A stretch of DNA of 64,000 nt, from contig JAAPAO010000037.1 in the NCBI GenBank assembly GCA_013115145.1, positions 50,009-114,008 on the forward strand, written 5' to 3'. The stretch comes from Perkinsus chesapeaki ATCC PRA-425. Lineage: Eukaryota; Protista; Perkinsozoa. This document shows positions 36,652 to 49,399 of this stretch, in pieces (within the stretch, counting starts at the first letter, position 1; each line of letters begins with the position of its first letter). Made by a program: the position numbers and the translations under genes. The notes under the pieces were generated by a model. That model was not told the DNA's origin. It did not search any database and saw nothing but the letters and a program-made list of their open reading frames with translations.

Positions 36652-39600
36652 CTAGGGGGACGTCACTGGAAGTCCGGTCATCAGCTCAGCTGATTGCTTG
36701 TGGATGTCTCGCATACGATGAAGAATCTACAACATGACTTTTGGAACTTGCAAGCTCTTTGGTGAGACCTTATTAGTTTCACTCAAAGCCTTCTTTGTCG
36801 TATCAAGCTTCATTTGAAGTGTTCTTATCTCTTCTTGCTTCCTCGCGCTTGTCGTAGCGTTATCTGATCACCTACTGCCATGTGAGGGCATTAAGCCTGG
36901 TCACCTTGCTGGCATCCCTCCAGCTCGTGCTGAAGAGCCTCCGAGGTGCGCCTGGTCTCGGCAAGAACAGTGCTCATAGTTGACAGCTTCGCCTCGGCCA
37001 CCTGCATCAGAGGGCTGCAAACCGGCACCTAATTCGCTGCCCACCTCTTTCTCTCGTTCTAGCCGGGAGGCTTTCCTCTGCTCCGACTCGGCCTTCTCGA
37101 GGGATTCTTTCACTTTAGCTTCCAGCACTATCATATCTTCCTTCATGGAGTTAATTCTGAGGGGCTCTTAGGTGAAGCAATCTCCACGACTAGGGCTACG
37201 AGTATAGGCCATGGCCGCTGTAGACTACTTTCAGTCAACATTTTCAGGACCTTATTAGCCATTATCAAGTCAACTTTTGCACTGCAGCGGTTGTGTAGAA
37301 GATATGCTTACTTGTCATGAGCCACCTTTAGTTCCTTGTCTTTGGAGTCGCACCTCTGCTCGGCTAATGTAAGCTTCGACTCGATCGCGCGAAGGCTGCT
37401 CTCCATTTCGGATGTTCGAGTGAGAAGATGCTGAGGCCATCATTGCTCCTAACGAGCCAGTGGTGCTCCTACCAGCCTTTCAGCGGCAAAGGTCTCCTTC
37501 GCCTGCTCCAGTTCTCGACGAACAACGTCACGCTTCGATCTCTCAGCCGAAAGAGTGTTCTCAAATTCCGTCTCGCGTCGCTTCTTGCTTGCCTCCAACT
37601 CCTCCACGGTGACTTTCTAAATAAAAGCACAATCACCAGCGCCCTTCTGTATGACACTACCAAAGCCTGTATTTGACGGTGACCGTCCTCGATAGCGGCC
37701 TCCTTGTCCAGAAGAGATTGCTTGTCACGGCTCAGCTCAGCCTTCAGATGGGCCAACTCATCACCAAGCCGTCTCCTCGTATCCGCCAACTGAGGCAGCC
37801 ATCTCCCCCTCCCCCCAGCTGCATTGCCACTACTACCTCCGATGTTTTCTCCATAAGCTGCTGATGCTTATCGGCCAACTCTCTGTCCAGTTGTTCCCTC
37901 TACATAGGCATATTTTCCCCCATTATCCCCACCTACCGCATGCTGATGATTCTGTTTCTCTGTCTCAGCTGTCCGTAGCCCCTTTCGAGCCTGCTCTACC
38001 TCCTGTAGCAGTTCCTCATAACTGAGCCTCTTATATTATAATATACAGTGCTTTCACTATTACCGTGTCTTCCACCCGACAGCCTCCTTCTGAACCTCCA
38101 CAGTGCGGCACTTGGCCGCCTCAAGGTCATTCTCATATCGCGTCGAAGCCTCTGCCAACTGAAGCAGCCGATATGAATCACCACAGTATGACCCCATCAA
38201 CCTTACCCGCTTATCTGTTAGAGCAACCTGCCTACTCAGCTGCTCAGCATGGTTTTCACCCCTGATGAACCATTCCCTCTCTCAGTCTTATGTATAGCGG
38301 TACATCTCATGGACCCTTTTGTCCCTATCCGAAACCGCCCGCCTAAGAGCCTCTAACTCCTCCTGCAAATGTGACACCTGTTGGAAAAAGGAAGAGGTCG
38401 GTGGTTCCACGGAGACAGTGGTGGCAGCAGCACCTCGGCGTGATGAGACTCCTCAGCACGTATCATTTGCTCTTGTGCAACACATGACACGCATTTGCAA
38501 CCATTCGCCAAAGCAGAGGTCGGCGAAATATCTGATAACAGTATGAGTAAGGAGACGTCTCTATTTAATATAGCCCCTTTTCCCACAGTCCGTCTACCGG
38601 CCCCTATAGTCCCATTGTAAAGTTTGTCCGGTTTTTGCCACTAGCGAACACTACTACTGGAACTCAGTAGGTCTTCCTCTGTGAACCGTTGTGAGCTTTA
38701 GTGATATTGATGATATCTAAGAATACTAAATCACGTGTAAAGGTATATACTCCGAGCCAAAAAGCAATAAAGGACCCTGCGAGCTTATCCGGCTCCCTGC
38801 TGCTATCGTAAACGACCCTCCCGTTACCCCTTACTACCACCGCCTCCCGACTGCCTAGTTCGCCAGGGACTGCCATCATCGCCCCGCATATTAGATCTTT
38901 TACTAGGTGACATATCTGCTAGCACCCCACTGATGGCTGCCGGTAAGGACAAGGCCATGTTCTTTGTTGTGAAGGATGAGCTCATAGTAGATCGTTGGCA
39001 GGTAGCGAGGCATGCACCTTCAAATGGGAAACGTCCATTTAGCGCTCCCCCTATGGTTAAACCAGTGCAACATGTCCCCTAGTATTACTGGACATTCTCT
39101 CATTCCTCTGCAGTACTTTCCCTATCGCTTGCTGTATCGCAGAGGGGATAGCTAAAGCCAATAGTAGAACTGAAGAGGCCTTCATACCCGCCACTACAGT
39201 TGCCAGTGAGCTGAACGCTGGTTATCGTGTGACATCCAGAGTGCTCAAGTGCCACAGCCAGGACTTCTCCACCACTCGAGCCAAGAGAGTTGTGGGACAG
39301 ATTGAGATGCCGAAGGCTGGAGGACATGCAATGGCTTTGGGATAGCTAGAGGTGTCAGCTACCTTCGAGAGTGAGTTAGCAAGGTCGAGGCAATGGCCTG
39401 AGCACCAGCCGGAGGGATTTGGCATTCCTGCATCGACAGTGTGCTCAAATCCTGCGCCACGCTCAGTGATGACAATAGACTTTCAAAGCCTGCTACGAAC
39501 ATGATGAGAGCTCATAGCCGGCAGCACTACAGTGTCCTGATGCCTCCCCAAGAGGGTTCCAATCAAGGATAAGCTCCTTTACATGCCGTAACGCTGGGCT

Positions 39601-39988
39601 ACTTCTGATGGCGTTACTAAGGTCTATAAGCCCCTCCGATTGAATGTTATTGCCGGCTAGGTTAACAGAGTGAATCAGGACCTATAGCCAACGACAGGGC
39701 TCTACCATTTCATACCGACTTTTTCTCGAATCTTAGTGATATTACCTGGTTATCTTCTACCCTCCTCAGGGCTTCGCATAGAGCCTTGCAGCCCTTCGTG
39801 CCGATGTAGCGATCAGAGAGATCAAGGGCTATCGAAGGTATACTGCCATCGCTAGGAGTTCCCGCTGATGACACTAACTCTTCTACATGCCGCTTCACCT
39901 GACTTTCAAGCATTACGTACTTGGAACCGGAGCTGAACGGGGACAGATTGCACAATGTTGGTATCTTTGCCTCAAATGCCGACAGCAT
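36652..39988 (-). CDS. RNI-like leucine-rich-repeat protein with a long C-terminal coiled coil (LRRC45-like architecture)
   Basis: LRR units LDLSDRYIGTKGCKALCEAL, LPGNNIQSEGL, LILDWNPLG, LRHLNLSHNSLGSSGGEVLAVAL; later heptad exons (LAHLKAELSRDKQSLL, VLEAKVKESLEKAE); ends ...TGLPVTSP*. Confidence 0.65.
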
Positions 39989-40112
39989 GTAGCTACTGAT
40001 ACCCACCAAACTGTTAAAACTCAATACAAACTAGTCGGTATTGAAACTTCTAATTCGGTATCACAAATCACATTTTGACATAAAATAAAACCGATTACAG
40101 GCCGCCGTCGGC

Positions 40113-42400
40113 TACATGGGTCGCTGACCAGGCTGTTTGATACTGCGTGTGATGAGGCCTTGCGGGACGCTGGCCACCCTCCTGGAGGTAGCAGTCGCGG
40201 CGTCCACCTCAGTGTCGCTGTCGGAAGAGGAGTCACTACTGTCACTGCTGTTAGGAGTGGATCCCTTGGAAGGCCCCAGCAGGGAGAAGCCGAGAGATAC
40301 AGCTTTCTTGCCAGAGCGGCGGCGCTCTAAAACCGCGGCGCGTGGCGCAGGTTCAATCCGGAGGCTCGACAGCGTTACCTTTTTCTTGCATATCTTCCTT
40401 GACTTTAGCCAAGTGAGCCATCAATGGGTTATAATATCTGGTACACATTTCTCCCAGGGCCTACCACATCGACACTTACTTCTTTTTAACGTTGGGATCT
40501 AATGAAGAACTGAGCCATGGTAGTAGGATGATAAATAAAATGATACCAGCCTACAGGAGGAGCAGCTATGTATGCAGTCGAACACAGCAAACCTTACCTT
40601 TTTCCACTTTCTATCGACTATACCAGTAATTAGGACCGGTCCTAGTAGTTGCCCCGCCAGACTAGCCAACCAGGCTCTCTTGGCAGGGTGGGGCATGTAG
40701 AGCTCAGCTACGTTTAAGGTACCTATTACAAAGTGCTATATACAGGAAAGACCTAGATCGATACTACTACCAGCTTGGGAGTAGGCAAAGAACATCTGTG
40801 CCATTATGCCTACAATACCGTTGGTCATAAGAGGCCTTCGACCCGACTTAACCACAAGATATGACATCAACAGCACCGGCACTGTATGCACCTTGCCAAG
40901 ACAACCTTTACCCTCGGTGGGGAGGGGGCACCTCCGCGTACCCAATGGTCCATCATGGCAAATTGGACTTTGGTCAGCTTAACCCCTCTAAGGCCCATCT
41001 TCTGCCTCATCATCTCCGTCAATCCTCGGGCTCCAGCAGTGCGGAATGCCATACAGACACCAAAGCTGTTAGACAACAGAAATGGATCCTGAAAACGGAG
41101 AAAGAGGAGCTCGCATCGTCAAGATGCACGAAGATACCCATTGCTCCTGCTTGAGTAGGATTCGGGAGACGATGAGGACCCAGTTCCAAGAGGTGTAGGC
41201 TTGGAGGTTCTTCCTCAGGAACTTGTTATTAATAACCTCACTGCTACCTGAGTAGATATCGTTGAAAACGATGACACCTGGAAGGCAGACCTGTCAAGGC
41301 TAGGTATATAGCACAGCCTAGAGCGATGTTGAAGCGATCGCCAGGGACGAGCTGGAAGGGAACTGCAGCAACGATCTTGGAGGAGGCCGACCGACTGGGG
41401 TCCATTTGAGAATGGGATATCTCTGCCTGTTTAGCAATGGTGCAACACAAAGCCCTGAGTTATTCAAGGAGGTTACAGGACCAATGACTAGGTATGAGCT
41501 GCTATGATACACTAGCTGTGACCAGTGCGGTCAGCAGTAACAGCAGCACTGAGTACTACCACAAGTGTCGCATGAAGGTATAAACCATAAAAACATCAAT
41601 GACTGTTGGGGGTCGTCAAGATATATCGCTGGAGTCGGCCCACAGCAATACCAATGGACCAGCATCTCCGTTCCACATACGTATTAAATCCGCATCCGAG
41701 TCAAGAAGATCCAAGACTGTCCTGTTCTCCACAACAAAAGCAGCTATGGGCTTGTCAACGCCCATGGACTCTACCAAGGCATGTCGGATACACCATCGCC
41801 AGATTAGGTCAACGCCTGGGATGCAAAACAGAGGTACTCTAGCTTTCATCGACCGAGCATCATCAGCGTCGTTCATTTCCACAGTAATGTCGTTAACAAG
41901 GTGATCGCCAATAACCACGGTAACATCACCGCCAACGAAACCGAGCTCTCCAAGGCCTGTCTCGGGAGCGAGATCTCCCAGATCTGAAACTCAAGGTAGT
42001 GAATGAAGCTAACGGTCGAGGTTGACCTACATTGCATCCCCATGACAGGTGTAGCGAGCATTAGACTTTCTGCTTTGATGCTGTCAGATGAAATGATATC
42101 CCTTAGGGTCGATGAAGCTGGATCTAGATGAAGCACAATATCCGAAGAAAGGATATAAACCTACACACACATCGGAGACATCGGTGCTAAGCGAAGGCTC
42201 ACAGTGAGAAGTTCTGGTCCACTTCGACCACGAACTGACGGTTTTCCATCCTGGCGACACTGTGACTCAGATACAACCTAATGAAGCTGGTGTGATAGCG
42301 CGAGTCTCGTTGGTAAATGTACCTCACTGGACTGTGCACCCGCTAGACTGAAGCACCCTGCGATAAGCAGTAGCAGCGCGCGCGATGTTAGAGACAGCAA
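40113..42400 (-). CDS. Hypothetical protein, possibly tandem ubiquitin-like folds, with a Ser/Asp-rich tail
   Basis: Spliced exons LTVYILSSDIVLHLDPASSTLRDII, DLAPETGLGELGFVGGDVTVVIG (UBL-like), RQKMGLRGVKLTKVQFAM; tail SSDSSDSSSDSDTE...QRPM*. Start approximate. Confidence 0.35.
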
Positions 42401-42764
42401 ATTGGCTATTACAAAAATGACCTAGAATTCATATAGAGATTTATTAGTCGCTTTAACATCCAGCAGCACGACAAGCTGGGCGGAAATACCTCCCAGACCG
42501 ATAAATTCAATTTTCTGTGTATTGAAGCACTCAACTGAGCACCTATGATAACCTAGAATTAATAAATAAGGGAAATAACCTCCAGGTTGTTGGAAGGGGG
42601 TCAAATTGGAAACGCAAAACAGAGCACTCGACGGCTGGGAGAGAACGCCGTGGTATGTGACCTCTACAGTAGGTCGGCGGCAACATTAAAAAATTAAAAG
42701 AACGCTTAAGAGTTTTACCACTACCGGTGATAAATAATACCATTATGTCGGTGTTCAAGGTATC

Positions 42765-44054
42765 TCATAGCTTCATCGGGACTGATCCAGAGGGCCAGAA
42801 TGTATGATCTGCCCATAGCGTGGTCAGAAAGCTGCCCAATGTACCGAGGTTGACAAGCATTGCCACGAAGTTAACCGCTCTTTCCTTATCATGGTCACTA
42901 AGCCGTTGAGAACACTGTAGGAGGTAATACACAGTGACGTACATCGATCCACCACATAGGCCGACCATTGACATAGATACAACTTGCATTACTATGGGCA
43001 TATAGTGGCCACTAATACTCGTTAACATCCATACGAGAAATAACGCAGCCTGTAGTAAGGTAGCTATGGTCACAACTAGTTTCATTGCAGTTTGAACGGC
43101 AGATTCCTTGGCTATCCAGCGAACAACTGGCAGTGTCAGCGACCGTGATAGGAGTACACCTATTTGATAGGTGGTGCAGAGCTCCTCGTACCAGTTTCCA
43201 GGGGCCCCAGAGCTCGTAGAAGCCTCTCTCGCAAATTTACCTTGAATAGTGTACTCAAGCCAGTAAACTAAACCCAAGGCCAGACCATCGCGGCTAAGGA
43301 CTCTCACTACAGAGGAGAAAGGAAGGGTGTGCTTGACCAATAGAGTCTGAGAGATGAGACCGGTTTTGGGGTAAACATTGTCGTTCTCAGACTCGTCACG
43401 TTTCAGGACCTCGTAACACAATGCAAATGCAGGTTGAACCGCCGCTATCAACAGGAAAAAGTCTTGATTCGACCAGTTGATCGGATGGGCTCTCAGGGCC
43501 AGGTACGACACCGAGCCGACAACTCCGGCCCATCCAGTGCCGCTTGACCAATCACCGATGAAGGACGGGTCGAACTTCTTGATGTAACAGAGAGTGAAGT
43601 TCTCACCAAGAATCTGGGTCAGCCCGGTGACCAGAACTCCAACAACGCAGATCACGAAGTTCGGAGCGAAAGCGATCATGAGGACGCCGAGGGTTCGCAC
43701 GACGGTGGTGGCCCAGAACCGCAAAGCAAAAGATATTTCCAACTCGGATATGACTGCGGAAATAGGGGTGGCGAATACGCCTAGAGCAACTGATGCACTT
43801 CCGATAACCTGAAACCTGAACCTGAGGCGCGTGACGGTTGAATGATATGCATTTCAAAAACGAGTGTGAAAGGCTGGGAGTTGGGGTTCCGGCGGGATTT
43901 AGGATCTTACACCGAAATTTTTGGCTGCGTTGAAATCTTCGGCAAGGCTTTTTGAAGCGCTTATTACTGCCACAAACGATGCATTATTTAATAAGCCCAT
44001 GACGACGAAACATAATGCATCCAATCGGACGCGTTTAGGATGATTTCCCAACAT
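42765..44054 (-). CDS. CLN3: CLN3/battenin (Btn1) family lysosomal/vacuolar transporter
   Basis: Exon 1 MGLLNNASFVAVISASK (cf. LGLCNNFSYVVMLSAA); one intron 43809-43910; DWSSGTGWAG, YQIGVLLSRS, VGLCGGSMYV, KERAVN motifs. Confidence 0.9.
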
Positions 44055-44160
44055 TAATGATTCGACTGATTGAATCAAAATACGCTTTGGCGAGCGCGGA
44101 GTAAGATAGTCTCGCGCACGCCCAGCGGAGGATTATTATTCTGTTCGACTTGCCAGCAAA

Positions 44161-47100
44161 ATGAGCACTGATGTAATGGTACCGTTGACGACATCATCAA
44201 AGCTGCCTAAGCGCAACTCACAGGGAAAGAGTAAGCTGAGGAATGACGGCTGTATTGCAGCACTCTTTCAGATTTTTACTCTCCTTTGGTTGAGTTACCG
44301 AGCAGTAACAGCAAGAGCTTCTTTGATGAAGCTAAGATACGCGACAGTGATATTGATGAGCTACGGAAGTAGGTGGAACCTGGTGAAATACGATCAGACC
44401 AGCCGGTCGGAACATTAGTTAGAATTGAAGAAATAGGTTTTTATAAAGTTTAGCAGATCTAAGGCGTTCCAATGCCCGGCCTCGACTTACTCGTATTTTT
44501 GAACTGTTAGCTCTCAGCCAGTATTTGATACCGAAGAATTTTCAGGCGATTCCATCGGTTCTCAAGGGACGTGAATATCGGCAGGCATTTGGGGGAGATG
44601 CAGCGTGCCAACCTTCTATTCTTGGATGATTTCATACGCATGCTTGACACTTATCACGCAGTCCACGACCCCACCAAGTAACGGGCACCGGAAACGCCGC
44701 CGCACACAATGCCGCATAAGGTAGATACGAACGCTTTTTCCATGCGTTCGATCGGAACAAGGACGGCGTTTTGGACTTTGACGAGTTCCTGATGGGAGTG
44801 TGTGGAGCAGACCCAAGCACAGTCCACATCCTCAACAGCTTCACAGGGTACCTTACAATATTGTCCCACTCAAGAAAATGTTCCAAAAGATACGAACGAG
44901 GTCGATACATATTCGACTTCTATGATACAAACAGAAGCAACACGCTTGAGTTCACCGAGTTCGCCCGATTGGTAGCGGACTGCGCGTCGATGAAAAGCAA
45001 CGATCCAACAAACGAGAAGGTATCATGTTCTGGATAACTCTTATAGTTGGTATCCTGAGGTCCGAAGTGCCGCCATTAATAAGGCCAAGGAACTGGGAAT
45101 GCTCGGGGATGCAGGGAGCCTGTTGCACTTCGTAATGGTTGCATCAATACGCCTTCACCAAGGGTTGAATGTCAGACTTGTGTGAAGTTCAAGCGATTTT
45201 ACGAGTGCATGCAGAGCGAGAAGCTCCGAGGCACCAGTCGACTATTTAGGTATAGAAGGTCTTCTAGGTCTTCCGCGGGAGTGAGACTGCGACAGGTTCA
45301 ATAATTCTCTTGTCCGTCCCAAACATGGTGAACACCTTTCCAAAGCTGAAGTCACAATGGAAACTCCGATGGTATTCCCGACCACCGTTAGCTCTGTCCT
45401 AACCCTCGCTCTGCTAGACAGTGCGATCTCGCCCAACCAGCCCGCAGACGGGCCTCACCGTGACCGAGAACGACGTATCACCGCTTCAAGAGGAAGTCTT
45501 CACTGCGCGTAGAAGTCCCCTGGATCTAGGCGGTGAGTGGCTGGCCGAATCATCCCTGTTTGCAACGCCCTTTGGTAGAAATCGAGCATGATGACTCCGC
45601 CGTGAACTTCCTCCATGACGCATCTGTCCAAGTGGTGTGTAATTCCATCGCTCGATCTCCTCTCAGCCAGCGGCTTCTTGCCGCTGGCGTCGACATCCGG
45701 TCCTTCGTTACGTCAGCCCCAGGTTGGAAGTCTGGGGGTGATCCAAGGAGTCATGGGTCGTGTCAGGGGGCGAGGGGTTTGGGGAAGAGGAAAAGTTAGT
45801 CAGCAGCCTGCCACCTCCGGACCGTGCGCCATCTATCAGGAAGTACATAGAGACCCAAAGAAGTGACCGATATAACACGGGGAGCTTATCACGCGCTTGC
45901 CTCGCAGGTGAGCAATCTCTGCTGAACCTAATGTGGCCGACATTCGATGCGGCTTCCGTGAGTGACGATCAGTTGAAGCAAGGCCGAACAATCGCGAAGA
46001 AATTCCTTCAAAAATGCCTCTACGAGGTGTCGCCTGAATGGTGAGCACCAGCGACACAGTGACCTTAATTGATCAATTCGCTTAAGGTACGTAACGTATG
46101 TTGATGAGGCTCAGCGAGACGGCCGACGAGGAATGGGTGCGCTCTCCCAGTTCTCGTCTATAGACGAGCTAGCTCTTATCCTACGTACCGCCTCGCGTTT
46201 CTTGCTTTCAGATGGTCAGTCTCATGTCCCCTTCCATGTGCATCCATCGCAATCTCAGGCACTTTCCGCAGCTCCCTGATCGACAACATTTCCGCGCCGG
46301 CCAAAATCTATGGTGGACTTAATGGTCAACTACTCGATCTTCTAAGTCTCTTTAGAAGCTTTTTGCCGCCTGATTCTCTTACCGGAGACATACAGTATAC
46401 AAACTGCGTATTTCTCGGTGCGACGCCCCCATGTGAACCCTGTTCATTTGTTTCTGTCCCAGGGGACTACATCGGGCCAGGGTGGTGCAACTTGGATACA
46501 CTAGCTCTTGTGCTTAGTCTCAAGACTCTCTACCCAGGTCAGACAGCCTTCGATCCAGCTCTCCACGAAGCTAGGAAAATTATCAGGTTCCATCACGTTG
46601 TTGCGAGGCAAGCACGAAGCTGACATGTCTGATCGGCACTTTCTGGCTGAGTGCGAAGAACGCCTCGGTATAGAAGATGGCCAGCGAATTTGGAAGTTGG
46701 CGAACCGTGAGTGTTACTATCCGTCTGTGCAAGCTAGGCCAGCGTAGTTGGTCTTCAGAGTGCTTTGAGTGCTTACCCTTGGCGGCCGTTATCGAGGGAA
46801 GGATACTGTGTGTGCACGGATCGGTGCCATCTTCGTTGACGCTTTTAGAGGTATTTCTATCAAGGCCATATAAGCGTATTACTACTATCAGCCACTCAAG
46901 AAACTAAAGCGGCCATTGCGGGCGTCCCAGGCTTGTGGTCAGTCCACAGCGCGGATGTCAGCCAAGCTTGTTTCTGAGATGTAGCCTGGACGAGCAAGTT
47001 GCACTCTCTTCTTGATGTTCCCTCCTCAGTTTGAGCCCTTCAGCGAGCGGTGCTCACGAAGACACACCGCCGGCGAATACCAAGTCTCTGATGAAGAACG

Positions 47101-47924
47101 GTCGTCTTGCTCTAGTTGTTCGAGCCCGCGGGGAGATCCCCCAGAGTGGAGTCGGATCCTCTTGGGGTATTTAGTTACCACATTCCACTCGAACTAACTG
47201 CTACTCCAGGTGGCCGTCTCTTGACAGTGATGTCGTGCCTGAACTACTGTGATCGTGTAGTTAATGATGCGGCAATTCTCCATCTAATCATTGATGAGTC
47301 CGGCCTCTTGCGTATTCACCCTAGAATCGTTACTGCTTGCCGGTATGCGAGCTGCCGAGGGTTCATTAGTGCGGCATTCGATTTCCAGGCCCCGTCTCCT
47401 AAAGTTGATCCTTGGCCAAGGAAAAGGGCATGCCGAGACAACCCTTCCGCGGTGGCCGCAGGTGAGGCTTTCAGTTTCAGCATTCGCGCTTAAACGCTGC
47501 GTCAGACTGCGCGAGGTGTCGAATCCCCGAGGGTCCTTCGAGCAGCTAGCAAGAGCGTTGAGGATCTCATTCGTGATTCCATAAAAGCCCGTCCTTGGAC
47601 AGGTATGTATCATTCTTGAACGTGTATTGGACCGCTTCCTGTTGATAGGTGCTTCGATCAATCTAGGAAGTTCAGACATCACCCCTGAGATCGGAGGCAT
47701 CGCTCGATCGATTGCAATGCGTCCAGAGTATATCCCCTGTGAACGACCCTCGACTACTTTCCTATTTCAGATATTTGCAGCGTCAACAAGCAACCTATCT
47801 ACAGCGTAGAGCGTCACTGCCATCGAAAACATCCACTGCTGCAACGCCATCCGACATTGCCAATACAGTTTCAGAGACTACGCTCACTGCGTCGAACTCT
47901 CATGCCGTTAATTCAGTTCATTAA
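44161..47924 (+). CDS. EF-hand-containing PPP-family pseudophosphatase (PPP8/EFPP-like, PPKL-type catalytic domain)
   Basis: EF-hands FDRNKDGVLDFDEF and YDTNRSNTLEFTEF; phosphatase-fold segments KIYGGLNGQ, GDIQY..VFLGDYIGPG, LLRGKHE, ECEERLGIEDG, LCVHGS, LTVMSCLNYC. Both ends approximate. Confidence 0.8.
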
Positions 47925-48128
47925 CGTTTCAAGCAGCTGCTTTGTGTCTACATTTCGACCGAACTCCGTCCGGGTCAAAATGCGTTTTACTTTAGCGCTC
48001 GCCCCAGCGATCGATATCTTGTCAACGCACCTACGTTCCCTTTTTCCTGTGTGCTGAAACTTAATCACTCTCTAACGCGCCATTTACAATATCCCGTCTG
48101 CAGGCTCAGTGGTTTTCCTCACTTCTTG

Positions 48129-49241
<1,113 letters not shown>

Positions 49242-49399
49242 TTGGAGGCCTTGAAGGAAGGTCTCGCATCGGATTGCGTCGTGGCATGTCAACATTGAGT
49301 TTTTATTTTGCGTTCATTGGGCATGCATCCGCCCTTCGCGCTGTAAATGAATAGGTCAACGCTCTGTTGGTGAGTGTCTCTTCTAGTGAGTAAAGACAC

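Noticed and set aside
40350-40359. tRNA T-loop-like GGTTCAATCC
   Set aside because: Flanks do not form a T-stem or cloverleaf; the site is inside a minus-strand exon.
46309-47300. Active PP1/PPKL phosphatase
   Set aside because: Metal-ligand residues are substituted and there are no Kelch repeats; EF-hands are present instead.
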